This document shows positions 1 through 13,292 of a stretch of DNA of 64,000 nucleotides, in pieces. Position 1 is the stretch's first letter. Each line of letters starts with the position of its first letter. The notes under the pieces were generated by a model that was given only the letters and a program-made list of their open reading frames with translations, was not told the DNA's origin and made no database searches. Location of the stretch: assembly GCA_973895155.1 (NCBI GenBank), contig OZ316892.1, forward strand, positions 31,117,802 through 31,181,801, in the 5' to 3' direction. Source of the DNA: Marsupella aquatica (Eukaryota > Plantae > Marchantiophyta). The translations under genes were made by a program, and so were the position numbers.

Positions 1-1270
1 ATGAAGATATGATGGATGACATCGAACAAGAGATCCCATTGAATTGCTGGTTTGGTAGCGCTAGTGGAGCAATGAGAAGCATTTTTCAATGAAAATGAGC
101 TTCAGAGCAACACCAATTGTCTGTGCTCCTTTCGATGGATTCCAGTTTTAAGACACTTGGAAATGATCTCGGAGGTAGGCCATCCAGATCCATTCTCCGA
201 CAATCCCCTTTTTGTGATGTCTCATTTTACGTGCTTCAGCCTGTTTCTTAAAGACCTCCTTCATCCTTTTCTCTCCATGCGATCAGTGGTTTCCGGAAGG
301 CTCCTGTGTTTGTGTGTTCGCCCCCAAAGAGACCTTTTTTCCAGTTCGCCAAAAGCCCTTTCTTAAAAAGTGCCAGCATCATAAGGTGGTAAGTTGGGAT
401 AGCCTTGAGAATGTGTTTTAGCATGATCGCCCTACCAGCAAACATGAGGCTGCTGTTCGCCCATGTGTGGAGACGCTTCCTCAACTTGCCCAGAAGGAAA
501 TTTGCATCTTGTGAAGGTTGAGTCCTACACCTCCAAGGCAAATACATATCTCTGCCTCTTTAGCAATTTTGCATCCCGTTTCCTTGAGCCAGTCAGGAGA
601 TGCCATTCTCCAGGTAGATCGGAATATGATTTGAGACTTTTTGACGTTCAAGACAGCTCCCGAGATGTTGTCTGGATCACCTCACGAGCAGCAACAAATT
701 CCTCTGCAGTGTCTTTGAGGAATAGTCCCGTGTCATCAGCGAAGAGCTGGTGGCAAAGACTACTCCCATTACAGAGTTGCAATGCATTGATGACCCTGCA
801 TCCAATTGTTGTTTGAGCATGGCCATCAGAGCTATGGCTGATTGGTGAGTGTCAAAAGGATGCTAGAGAGCGGACATCCCTGTCAACTTCTGTGAGGGTA
901 AGCATAGTGAGTGGTCGCTAATTTGACAACAGAAGCAAGTCCTGACTCTTGGGTATGAGTTCAATAACTCCGGCTAGTGGCTTTGGTTGTCATGGTTCCG
1001 TGTTAATGAAAGCCCGAATAACAGCAGAGTAAGTAGGACCCATGTACGACCATCCCTTTAGCAGCATCTTGATGGTGACTCCGTCGATTCCTGGTGACTT
1101 ATCTTTTGGCATCCCTGTAACCACTTTAAGAATATCTGCATCTTCGGTTGTCTACCTAGATACACTGCCTTGGTTACCTCGACATCTCCTCCCTGTCCTT
1201 CTGTTTCCTTTTTGTGCTTTCTTCGGTTTGTTGGGACCTCACTCTGTACGTCCACTCTGTTAGCATCCCA
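1..1270 (-). mobile_element. Degenerate, internally deleted LINE (L1-like) ORF2 reverse transcriptase remnant
   Basis: Minus-strand fragments DKSPGIDGVTI (~1075-1105), HQLFADDTGLFL (~715-755) and LRKRLHTWANSSLMFAGRAIMLKHILKAIPTYHLM (ORF 248-547) are typical of plant LINE RT and its downstream region. Many stops and frameshifts. Confidence 0.85.
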
Positions 1271-1299
1271 AGCAGGCATCCGGGAGAGGACGGTAAATT

Positions 1300-1700
1300 A
1301 TTACATCCACCTGGTAGTTTCCCACTCCTGGCACCGCAATGTTGATGTACACAATTGGGTCTTCATATTACATGAAACACATCCTCGTATGTGAGAGAAT
1401 TTACTCCTGGATTTATGTGTCTGCGCATATATAGCACAGTTCCAACCTCGGCAAGCATAATATTCAAAAGCAGGGTTGAACAGTGGCATGTCGATCCAAA
1501 CAGGAGCCCTGGTAGATTTCATCGGCTTAGCGTCAAAGTCAGGTGTCCGGGGCATGGCCACTACCATCTTCATCAGAATGTGTTTCGGGAATTCGATATC
1601 GAATTAATATCAATCTTTAAGGTAGTCGCGTGTTGGATTGAAGTCCAGAGTGTATAGAATGATTCCTCTCTTCTGTAGGTGAAGTATTCTGCTAACGATG
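1300..1700 (-). mobile_element. LINE ORF1 remnant (DUF4283-like)
   Basis: RGIILYTLDFNPTRDYLKD...APVWIDMPLFNPAFEYYA...SKFSHIRGCV lies upstream of the RT remnant on the same strand. The PVW(I/V) motif is typical of plant LINE ORF1. Confidence 0.6.
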
Positions 1701-2106
1701 ATATTTCGATCTACCCCGACAGTTTCGGATCTCATCCTAACTGTCGGACGGTGCTGCAGCGTAGGACAGTTCACGGTGAACTTCAGCAATCCTTCTTGGT
1801 CTCTCCTTCATGGTGTCGGTGTTCAAACTTGTGACCTACCACCCGATACATGCTGAGTTCTGTTGTGCGAGTTCGGGTCGCCGTTAACTATCATGCCAGA
1901 AAATTGGAGGTTTCGCATTTCTGCCATAGCTGTTTCTCTCTGGCGCGCTGTCGGAAAACTGTTTAGTATAAAATAAACACGGTCAGTTGATTCAGGAAAG
2001 AAAAGTGTAAGCTGCTAAGTTCTACTTGCGCGAGCACTTTCAGTGCCGCCATCGCCAGTCCATCGTGACGTCCAACGAGGCACAACATACCATAATAGTT
2101 GTCCAA

Positions 2107-3606
2107 ATAACACTTGGAACCAGTTTGGTTCATTTCTGCTTTCTTCCCTTGGAGTAAACACTGAAAACCTTACAATAGGCTGCCACCAGAGTGCTCAAGT
2201 GAATGGAATCCACCAACGTCCTCTTCCTTTGAGCCTCGTAGCTTGCATGGGTGCAGGAGGAAGCACTTAAATTGGATTGTGCTCTTTCATCCGTTCAAGT
2301 TCAGAGCCACAACTATGGTTCAGAGAACTACTCTCGGACTGGTTGTTGTGAGTAAAAGTTGTTGTAGCTGTTTTTAGGGGATTCCGCTTTCAATCAGTTC
2401 AGTGAGCTCGATCAGCGGAGGCAACTCACATCCAGGTTGCATGTGCCCTTCCAAGTCCCTATTGCGAGCAACCTGCTTCATGGTTGGCATTCCTGTCGAT
2501 CACATAAACAGCCCTCAATTCCAACCGTAATTAGAATTCCAAATTGAACCAGGTTTACATTCAATTAGCACAACATACAAATTTCAATTCACTGGTCAGC
2601 CATAGGAAATGTAATGCATCGAGGCTGAGTACGACTTAGAGTGCACGTTCTATGGGCCGATGATAGATTGACCTTTCGATCATAATAAAAGAGTATAGAA
2701 TGCCTATAGAAATTGCGAAACCTATTGCCGTGCTTGATGCCTTCATCGGGTTCTTCCATCCCTTCGTGCAACGATTTCCCATGCCATCCCTCCCAACCAC
2801 AATTAATTCCTCCCGTCTCCACTTCTCATCGCTTCTCATTCAATTCTTCCCCACCAGAGCCCATAAAATCTCCATGGCTTCTCATGCCTGCAACATAGGG
2901 TCTACGATGCATTGGATGCCAATCAACCCAAAATCACAATTGCATTTCACCGAACCACACAGCAATTCTCTCGTGCACCTCTCATCGCTTCTCAATCAAT
3001 TCTTCCCCACCCACTGGCGTCCACAAAATCTCCATAGCTTCTCAAGATGCATTGGAATGCCGCAGGCCAGAGGTACTTCTTGCCCTCTATTCAGTAAAGC
3101 ATAGCTCTTCCCACACTTGCTCGTAACCTGGATACGCAGCTACATGCAGCAGGCGATGCGGAGTCACGAGTGCGAGCCACCGCAAACTCTAGCGACCTCC
3201 TCTTCGGGATAACATTTTGGCCCTAAATAGTAAGTTTCCTTTGTAGTTGGTTTGCAATGTTACTGTACTTGTCGTGGATTTACGTTCGGAGTCGTCTATC
3301 CTGGTTTGGTACACTGCATTTACTCTTAACCCAGTAGCTATAATTGCCGTTGGAGTTACTTAATTTACGGATTAGTTTATTGACGTATAAGTCCTGCCTT
3401 TCAATTCTCTACACGACTCTTTGGTAGAATATTTATAAGAAGAGCACCACTTACTGACGGGAACTTTCCTTCCCGGACACATCGTTTTAAAAAATTGTGC
3501 GAGATCCATTCGAATCCCGTTGGCAAACCCGACGTAAATAGGACTCCTCTGTAGAGTGTTGCCGACTAGTGAAATGCAGGCAATCAGTCAAATTTGGCTC
3601 TCCACA
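2107..3606 (+). repeat. 1,500-bp direct repeat, copy 1
   Basis: Collinear with 14182-15681 at a constant offset of 12,075, no indels seen, about 13 substitutions by eye. Confidence 0.97.
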
Positions 3607-4148
3607 ACTAGATTTTGTTGCGTCGGATGCAAACAATACCTCCTCATAATCATCGTTAATATAATTAACGACTTCCATGACTACGTTTATAACTACGTCC
3701 GACGTAACGGCGACGTCAGAGAAATCTAAGCGCCGATTGCCCCATTTTAACGTCGCTAGAAACACGTTTAAAATTAACGTCTCTGGATGAGCTGTCCTAA
3801 ATGTCGTTTTGGTCGTCGTTCAATATTAATGACGTATTAGAGGACGTAATGTATTTAGGGTATAACGACGTCAATGTTTACGTCATGGAGGGAGACGTAA
3901 AAGTGGTAACGTTGCTCTGTAGGATGTTCCGATTGAATCAAGCCATGTTAGACGTTGAGTACATCGGTGTGGACGACTTGAATGAGGAGTAGTCCATGCT
4001 GACTCGAGTATAGCTTGGGTTTTCTACGGGAGGATTTTGGTTTAAGAGTGCTGAGACCAAAGTAGGCTTGCATTTGTGATTTTTGGAGAATGCACTCTTC
4101 CTGAGTACAGAGAAATTGCAGCGTGGGATCTAGACTCAGTGTTCAGTC

Positions 4149-4709
4149 ATGGTGCGCAAGTTCTTCAAAGATGTGCATTGTTGCTTCCTTCCACTTGGTG
4201 AAGAGGACAAGACTATACGTGGGTTCTTTTGTCGGGGAGGTGTTATTGAGAAGTTGTGTACCTCGGAAACAGACTACTTGCTGGCCTATACGTGGAAAGA
4301 AGTTGTTGAGCACTTCAGTGACTACCATGGATTGATCGAGCACTTTGCAGAGACAGTTCATTTCATTTCTATCCGTTGGGTAGAGTGCTCAATTCTGGCC
4401 AACAAACAGTTGGATCCAGGAGACTTCCTGCTGCATCCAGGTGATGATCAGATGTTGGATGAGGCGCCCAACCCAGATGATGGGGAGGCATATCCACCTA
4501 CATTGCCCAAATGGGAGCTGTCTCCGACTGAGCTTCACATTGTCTTGTATGATTACAAGGAAAGTTGTGCAGCTGAGGTTGAGGCTGAAAGGCTAAAGGC
4601 TGGGGAAGAGGTCATCCGGAAGAAATGGAACCAAAGGCAGAGGCGTGATTCTTACAAAAGAAGGAAGGCAGATGAGGAGTACTACTGGTCTGGTGAAGGA
4701 ACTCCTTAA
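4149..4709 (+). CDS. Transposon-borne orphan protein, 186 aa (an upstream exon is possible)
   Basis: Uninterrupted ORF with protein-like composition, a charged helical C-terminus with basic NLS-like segments (RKKWNQRQRR, KRRK) and AATAAA at ~4834. No domain recognised. Confidence 0.6.
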   Translation: MVRKFFKDVHCCFLPLGEEDKTIRGFFCRGGVIEKLCTSETDYLLAYTWKEVVEHFSDYHGLIEHFAETVHFISIRWVECSILANKQLDPGDFLLHPGDDQMLDEAPNPDDGEAYPPTLPKWELSPTELHIVLYDYKESCAAEVEAERLKAGEEVIRKKWNQRQRRDSYKRRKADEEYYWSGEGTP

Positions 4710-5224
4710 GTAGCAACAATCTGGATGTCAATGGATGAGGCAGTTTAGTGATTCGGCTAGGTTATAGTCGCTTTGTGGTGGACATGCAATGTGCTTTGTA
4801 GGACCTTTGTATCTCTATATCATACTGAAACTGAATAAAGACTCCCTCATGTTTTTCATTTTGAATGCATGTGCCAATTAATATCACCACTGTCATTAAC
4901 GTCGTGCGGATATAGTAACGTTGCAATACACGACGTCTTTGGTTTAATACGTACCCTAAAACGACGTAAGTTAGTTTAACATCGTTTTAAGTGGAGAATC
5001 AACGTCGTGTGGAGTAATGTAAACGGGGTCGTGGCTAAATTAACGTCGTTGAAGGCTCAATAAAACGACGTTAATTGGAATTAACGTCTGCCTGATACGA
5101 CGTAGTTTGAAGATACATTGGTCTACCGGACGTAATAGTCATACAACGACGTTACCCACAGATGCTACAAACCCACATGAAGGTGGCCATAACGAATATA
5201 TACATGCACTGAATACATTTATGG

Positions 5225-8200
5225 TCATGGATCCATATCATCTACAATTACTGATGCCATCAAACCCTTCCTCCATCGTGGGAAGATGGGAATGACGATG
5301 GACCATCCTCTCATAGTGTGCATCGGAACCATAATACACTGATCCACCTGGCTAGGAAATACTATAGTGTCACTAACCTCAGTCCCGGATGGTGCTACAC
5401 GAGTCGTGTCTACCCGATAGAACCCACACTCATCTTTCACCATGGTGGCTCTATGTGGAGGTGACATGATGGATTTGTGCCACCGCACCTCTAACACAAT
5501 AGTAGTAAATGACCCAAAGTGAACGTCTAAAATATCCAATATAGTGCCACAATAGGGAATCTCAACATCACCTGGGTCTGTCAACATGAACACTCCTGAG
5601 TTACATGTACTCTTCTTCATGTGATCTGTCCTCCAAGTGCGAAAGTGGTGCCCTGACTCATACATGTGTGTATGGGTCGTTGCCCACAACCCTGGTCCCC
5701 TAATGATGTTCTGTACATCAATGGGAATGGATAAGGGTCCATGCTCTGCAAGGAGCCTATCCATGCGCTCCAATGCCCACACGCGAAATAATGCATACCG
5801 TTGTGCAACTATCGGTTGCTGCTCCAAGAATGCACTGCAAAAAATGTATGAATCCATGAGAATATTGCACAATCCAAAAAAGTGCTCCTTGAACCCACTC
5901 TAACTTCTACACACATATAATGTAGAACAACGTCTACTGTTAGATTAACAGTTATATAGAGTTGCATATATGTACCTATGCAACTCCCTCCACTGAGACA
6001 TCTCTGGGCGATTTCCCAACACATAATTGTGGATCTGTAGGCAAAGTATGTTGTCATGTAGTGAACGCTTTTTTGATGCACCCATCAAACGCAACCCACC
6101 ATTGTCATCATCTTGTGCCTCTTCCCAAGCTGTGGGAGCTTCTGTGTCCAAACTCCCTATCATCCCTCCGGAATAAAAGAGGCACTCCGACATGATATAC
6201 CCCGTTGCCATACTTCCCTCTGGTCGAGCTGGTTGACGCACCATGGACTTGAGCACTTTCATGAAGCGCTCTACCCAATACATCCAACGTGCATGGACAG
6301 GACCAGCAATCGCGACCTCATCCACCAAGTGACATAGTAAATGCAATTGCATGTCAAATATGCATGGGGGAAACACCTTCTCCATATTGCACATCACGCG
6401 AGCTGACCTCTCTCTCATCAAAGGAATCTCAGACTCCTTTATCTCCTTAGCGCATACCCACCTATGTTCCTCCTCAAAACCATCAAAGATTTTGTATATC
6501 AGATCCACATAGGGCCATAGAAAAATGAGTTTGAAATACTTGTTGAATTACATGGCTCCTTCAGCGGTAACAAGAACTTGCAAGAGAGCAATGGAAGAGA
6601 GGGTACGTTATCATACCTAAAAATGGAGCACATCTCATATATAGTCAGACGGAGTAAACGACGCTCCCGGGAATCATCACAACAACGCAAGACTGCTGGT
6701 AGCACATGCTGTATCAACTTGTGATAATCATGAGACTTCAACCCTATTGGGGGTATGTGATCATTCCTTGTAGTGCACCCACGAAAACCAGCTCCGTAAT
6801 GGCTAGGGAACTTCATCTCGCTTATCATCCCATTCATGTCCTTCAAAACCTCTCTTGGCAAAATCCAAGGACCAGGAGGTTTCTCCCCAGTACGTGTTAT
6901 CCAACAACTCTTCACTACTCCAACCCTCTCAGCATCCTCTCGGACTCCACGAGTGTCATTCGTCCCATAAATGTGCTTCACCAAGTTCTTAGCAACATTC
7001 ACTTCAATGTGCATGGGGTCCAACAACCATCGAACCTGGAGTCTCTGGAAATTGAAATAACATATTGAATCAGTTGCAATCTCTAAATTAAGAATTTTAT
7101 TGGTCTAATTTGTTGTAAAGGAACCATGCACTTCTATCACTTACCCTCCAATAAGGCAAGTCCCACATAGCTGAGCGTCGGTTTACTCCACAATCCTTGG
7201 GTTTTAGTAACTTTGCTTCCACCTTCTCTGCCATTTGAATTTGTCCTTCAGCTGAAGGGCCATTAGGACATGGCCGCACTTCAGTCTCTGCCCAATGTGT
7301 TGTGTTTTGTCGCAAGTGGTCATCCATTGCCAACCGGACCCTACTGCCCTCATATGTGGTTTTGTGCAGTAGTCTTGAGTACCTCCCACGCAACTCTGGG
7401 CCACATGAAGGGCAAGCTGAAAAACCTGCCACCTTCAGGCCAGATATTGTCCCCATACCTGCCATTTCATTGAACCATGTTCAGACCACAAATAACCCCA
7501 ACACTTGCATTGTACATGACATTGTGCAAACAATAGTCATTGGGTTGCCCAATGAATTACCTGGACCATCTGTGGTGCAATGAGTGATCATCACCCTCAT
7601 ATTGAAGGTCCTACCATTGCCTGCTTCACGAGTGACATCTGTTGTCACTGCTCCAACCTCCCATAGATTATGTAGCTCTTCATAAGCTGGAGCCAAACAG
7701 ATATCAGGATTCTTACAGGCCTTGGGTCCAGGAATTATAGCTAATAGAAGCACATGACCCTTCTTCATTGCCAACCATGGAGGGATGTTTTGATTTATCA
7801 AAAGAACAGGCCAGATGGACTTAGGCTTCCGTCGTTGTTTATATGGGTTCACTCCATCGATTGCCAACCCCAAACGAACATTTCTTGGCTCCTGGGCAAA
7901 ATTTGGCCAAGTGGCATCAATGTGCTTCCACACTGGACTATCTTGGTGGTATTGCATTATCCCTGGTGGGGATTTGTTCTCCACATGCCAAGTCTGTAGT
8001 GTGGATAAGTGCTTTCGTCGGTAGAGATGCTGAAGTCGGGGAGTGATTGGGAAATAACGAAAAACCTGCCAGATCCAATGTAACGTCGTCAATTTGTCGA
8101 CAATCACAATAAACGTCCTTCCACACTACGTATTATTAAAACTAACATCGTAAAGGACGACGTTTCATACCCTAATGTACCATGCGACGTTAGTTACTGC

Positions 8201-10910
8201 ATCCCATACGACGTAAAAACAAAAAAACATCAGGTGGAAAGACATAAAGTGAGATGGACGACATAAAGTAATCAATTACATAGTCATGTACGACGTTGTT
8301 TGAAAGAATGCAACGTTAAAAGTTGGACTTTCTTGTTCTCACATTGCGTTGAGGAAAACATTACCTTTTCTGCAATCTTGTCTCCAATGGTGTCTGGTCG
8401 ATACCGTGGAAGCCTACAGTGCTCCTCTGGGCAGTGAGTGTGATCCTTGTACACCCCTCTATACAAGATGCACCCACCTGGGCACATGTGGATAGTCTCT
8501 AAAGCCAATCCAATTGAGGCTAACAACTTCTTAGCCTCCCTCACACATCCAGGGAGAGTGTTTGGTTGGGGCAAGAGTTTGCCGTGGAACAATTGGAAGA
8601 GTGCATCTGTATGGACATCCGAACCATTGAAAACTCCTTGAAAATTCAACATCAACAAAGTTGCACCCAACCTGGATTTGCAAAACCACAAACACCAGAC
8701 TTTTTGCAGTTAGTCCAAGTAGCTAGATGGCATGCCTGGCACTACAATTTAGACTGCCCAATATTCACTAGATGAAATTCCAGAGTTGTGATAATTTTAG
8801 GACAACCTTACCGTGAGGATGGAGATCCCTCAAATAGTGGTGTTCTGGCTTCAGTCTCCAAGTGATCCCAATCTTCTTGATCCACTTCCATGATAGGGTG
8901 CTCGGCGTCAGGTGCATGAGGTCCAAAGTGAACGTCAACAAGGTGGGCAAAGGCATCTTCTTCAAGGATAGGGTCATCTCCCTCATCTCCCTCATCTCCC
9001 TCATCGTCAACATCATCATCCAACTCTCCATCATCATCCAACTCTCCATCATATGCATCATGGTACTCCTCATCCTCATCGTCCATCTCATCATGGTCAA
9101 GGGGCTGACCCTCAGCATCCTCCTCGTCTGAGAAATGTAAGGTGGCACGTACGTGAAAGGCACGGGCTGATGTAGTCATCATTGATGGGTGAGGTGTGGG
9201 AGTAATATGTACACCATCCTAGAGTTTTCAATATGCAATGACAAATAACAATTAGAGAAAGGGTTTCCGTGATAAAGCTTACAGTGAAACATCAATAATG
9301 AAAAATGCAAGGGTCACCCCATAATGAATATGTCATGTACACATGTAAACATCAATGCCAATCATAATCTACGAGAATCTCTTCCCCTGCTCTAATGGTG
9401 CGGGTAGCATGTGTCAAGATGTAATGCGTGCATGCTACAGGCAAACGAGGGTGACTCTGGTCATGGAACTCGTGCCACTCAGCATTTGGCCTAAACCCTG
9501 AACGCCGAGAACCAATAGTGCTATTGATGTAACCCGCCAAGTTCCCCGTGCAAGGTGGGTAACCATCAATTTGAGCATACCTAGGGTCCAACTTTAGTGA
9601 CATGCCATATCGACTAAAGGTTGGGCACTGTCGGGACAAGATGCGCCATCTTGCCGCCGAATACTTGGGCCCATAGAATGGAAACAACTGAGGCAAATCA
9701 TCGGGTGCACAACCGGTAGGGACCACGATATCCACAAGAGCAAATACTCCAAGTCCTACATGAGTCCCCAATGTGGAGGGGAGGATGACCCATGGGCGGT
9801 CCCAAACTATAATAGGCTCCCGAAGCAGGAGGTCCATAGGGAGTCCAAACTGGGCTGGGAAGGAGTCCTTTAAGATGTCCAAGGCTCTCCCTCGCAACTG
9901 TCTCGGTGCCCGGGACACCGATGCATCAAGAAAAGGGCATCGGGGCAGAACAATCCTAGGTGGACGGGACTCAATCGATCGGGGTCTAGTGGTCACCACT
10001 ACTCCCCTCTCAATAGGGTGCATCCTAAACACTCTCCTCCTCCTCCGAAATACACGGTCTATCTCCCTCAATGTGGCTCGCAAATCGGATGGATGGACGA
10101 GTGGTGCGAGTGCACGATATGCAATGTCTCTCAAGCGGTCCACAGGCGAAGATCGCACTACAACAGGAATCTGTTCCACATGTTCACCAAAACAAGTTCA
10201 GAATATGACAATCAAAAAACAATTCAAGGAAGGAGATGTTATCATAATTGCAATACCCAACAAAATTGTATTACCTCTCGGGTCGGGGGGGTGTAACGAC
10301 CATGGATCCCTAAATGGCTAAGGACAGTGGTCCTCTCGTGTAAGACAACACCCTTGCATCGTCTGCAAGGGCAAGGCATCTTGCGAATTGGCCCAATCCC
10401 CTGAAGAGCAGCCATGGCCTCTCCAAATCCATCAGCATGATGGGGGCTCCGGCCTCTCCTACCGTCGGAACCATGTCTGCATCGACGACGCCTGGATCGG
10501 TGACGCCTAGATCGATCATACATGTCTGGTGAGTAATCTCTCTCCCGGTCCGACAGGTCGTCCCTCCCCCTATGATGATGGTCATCTCTGCGTCGGGTGT
10601 AAGTACCCCCACCATGGTCCTCATAGGATGAGTCATCCCTCCTCCTCCCTCCCTCGTCATCCCTCCTCCTCCCTCCCTCGTCATCCCTCCTCCTCTACCG
10701 CTCGTCATTGCTCCTATAGCCCGATGAAGCTGAACTCCCCCTATGCCGATGATGGTGTCTATGTCGGTGAGAACTACCGCCATGCTCATCGTCATCGTCA
10801 CACGAGTCATCCCTTCGCCTATCCGACTCATCATACGTCCCCCTATGATGATGATGGTATCTGTGCCGATGATGCCTGCCCCCATCATGGTCCGATGCAT
10901 AGGTTGCCAT
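5225..10910 (-). CDS. CACTA transposase (TnpD/Tnp2-like), 8 exons: 10910-10275, 9218-8812, 8671-8365, 8065-7561, 7458-7145, 7044-6617, 6461-5976, 5834-5225 (3,693 nt)
   Basis: All introns are GT-AG with matching phases. Motifs: MPCPCRRCK...HL (transposase-associated domain), IHMCPGGCILY, RNVRLGLAIDGVNP, TTDGPG, DPMHIEVNV, GLKSHDYH, GPVHARWMYWVERFM (DUF4218-like), and a DUF4216-like last exon. One in-frame TAG at 10697-10695 in the low-complexity N-terminus; in-frame ATG downstream at 10523. Confidence 0.92.
9352..10170 (-). CDS. SET-domain exon nested in transposase intron 1 (putative lysine methyltransferase)
   Basis: SET motifs in the expected order: GLGVFA, FYG, GNLAGYINS, PNA, ATRTIRAGEEILVDY. 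CAG acceptor at 10173-10171 is phase 0, matching the exon-1 donor at 10274. Confidence 0.85.
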   Translation of the reverse strand: MPVVVRSSPVDRLRDIAYRALAPLVHPSDLRATLREIDRVFRRRRRVFRMHPIERGVVVTTRPRSIESRPPRIVLPRCPFLDASVSRAPRQLRGRALDILKDSFPAQFGLPMDLLLREPIIVWDRPWVILPSTLGTHVGLGVFALVDIVVPTGCAPDDLPQLFPFYGPKYSAARWRILSRQCPTFSRYGMSLKLDPRYAQIDGYPPCTGNLAGYINSTIGSRRSGFRPNAEWHEFHDQSHPRLPVACTHYILTHATRTIRAGEEILVDYDWH

Positions 10911-11359
10911 GTCCCCTGTGATCAAATTTACAAAGGCCCCCACAACATATTAAACCCCAAGCATAAACGTATCCCGCTACGTTAACCAAACTAACGTCCA
11001 TCCACACGACGTTCCCCTAAAATTAACGTCGTTTTTTAGGTTGTGGGGAGGTTGCCAAATTTAGTTTACGTAATAATGTACGACGTACTTAATAAGTTAA
11101 CGTCGTTAGGTATGACGTAATTATATGTAACGTCGCCGCTAAACCCTACACTCCTGGTTAACGTTGTGATTAATGACGTTAAATTAGGGTAACGGCGGGT
11201 CTCCAAGGTTCGTGGGCTACGGCTGTTTTCCTTTAACAAAACATCGGGAAGTGACTTGAATGTGACTCACATTCAACATTCAACACTTCCCCTCTCCCCC
11301 TCTCGACCTCCTATCTTAACAGTGAATGACTATGGCTCATCCAGGCTATCTCCCTTCCA

Positions 11360-13260
11360 GTGGAGATTTTGATGCAGACTTGGTGGCTGGATGATCCAGG
11401 GGAGTTAGAAAAGGTGCGTAAAGCTATGCAATCGACACATTCGCTGATACATGCTTTCAACCAGAGTTGGAAGTTCTTGGGAGGAAAAGGAAGCAAGGAG
11501 TCTCAGTTTCTGGAGTACCTGGAAAATATAGAGGCCAATGCTCCTACCCTCGATGATTATGTGGAAACTGAGAATGCAACGCTCTTGGGGGAGGATGGGG
11601 GGCCTTCGATCGATGCTCTGAACTCCTTCCCGTCCCTACTAGATGATGGGTGGGACGATCCTGCCTTCAATGGAATGCAGCCTGATTCTCAGGCACCTAG
11701 TGGGACCCCAATCAAGAGTGTGGTCCGGGTAGCACATGACAGATTCCAGCCTGATAGCACATGACAGATTCCAGCCTGATCAGGATCGGGACTCTCGCAG
11801 GCGGAGGAGGCATCGTGATAGAACACACAACAGCAATAGCAGCCTTGATGAGAGAAGACGGAAGGGGAAAGGGAAGGAGTATAGAGATGCAGATCCACAC
11901 AGTAGAGGTACATACAAAAGAAGAAGAACAGAGGGAGATGCAAGGGCAGACAGAAGAGAGAGGTACTCACCTCAGCGTGAACGTCACTCCCACAAGAAGC
12001 GACAACCTTCTCCTGAGCGACCGGTAACTACTGCTGTGAGTCGAGACAAACTCCCAACCATCACCTTGGATGCGTTTGATGCTAGGCCGGATGTTCTGGA
12101 TGAGAAGGCCCTCACAAATCGAGTGCAGATGTGTTGTGCCAAGCACTGTCCTGGTTGGACAACTTGGAAGGATCTCGCGCAGAACCCAAAGAAGTTTCAG
12201 CTCCTCCTGAACGATGTGCAAGCTGGGTTTAGGAACGGCCGTGAAATAGACTATAGGCACATCAGACAAAAGATCGTAGGCTACCTTGCAGATCGGAGGT
12301 TTAGATGGAGAAACAAGGTTCGAAAAATGAGATGCCCAAGGACAGAGCAATACCTGAAACCAGAAGGAATGAGCGACGCCGACTTCAAGTTGATCGTGGC
12401 TGAGTTGGAAGCAGCACCTGACACCCCAATAGGCAAGCGAGTGCACATGGGGGACAAAGCTGCTGCAGCCCGCAAATCAAATGGCCGCCTGCGTGTGACC
12501 AATTTTTGGGGCCAGGGAGGATGGCGAGGCTTCCTTGCAACCTATGTAAGTCCCCCACCCTCTTCAAAGCACAACTTGTTCATGCTTCGACCGCTGCGGT
12601 GAGAACATTGAATTAACGTTGTTTTTCTCCTCTAACGTCGCAAGTTCTAAATTTAACGTCTAGACCCCATACGTTCATCCTACCTAACGTCGTCTCTCGC
12701 GACGTTACATTTAATTAACGTCTTTTCTACATCGTTAATATTGAAGTTTCACTATATACCTTGTCTTGGACGACGTTAATTATAAAATGTCGTTAGGTAC
12801 ATTGTAGTTAACGACGATGGTGACGACGTTCTCCAATTTCCTGCAGAAACGCAAGTTTGGAGCTAACGCCGAGCCAAGTGAGCAGGAGCGGCTCTATTCA
12901 AAATGCTATGGCCCGGCGGCCCTATGGGCTAAGCTGGACTCAGTCCCGGAGGACCACCCAGTGGTAAGTTACATAGTCAGGTTAGGTTCCTTCTATACTA
13001 GGTTTTGCATCCACTATTTGCAGGAGGTAAACTGATCCCTTATGTCATATCCAGGAGGATTGGAGTCCTCCAGAGGGGTTAGTGGCACGACCCATTGCGG
13101 AAGATGAGGAGGCAGATCATGGAGGGGAGGAGCCTGATACGCAGGAGGAGGCCTTAGTAGACTGTGGGCAGGAGGGCAGTTTAGGTACACAGGGCCGGTC
13201 ATCTTCTAACCTCTCCCCTCCAGTGGAGACTGATAGGGGTCATACCAGCCATAGACGACG

Positions 13261-13292
<32 letters not shown>

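Noticed and set aside
9218-9380. Single SET-transposase fusion protein (SETMAR-like)
   Set aside because: The SET exon ends in TGA right after the conserved Tyr with no convincing donor before it. Alternative isoforms fit better.
9773-10985. Plus-strand and alternative-frame ORFs (9773-10321, 10310-10900, 10529-10921)
   Set aside because: Shadow frames of the SET exon and the low-complexity first exon.
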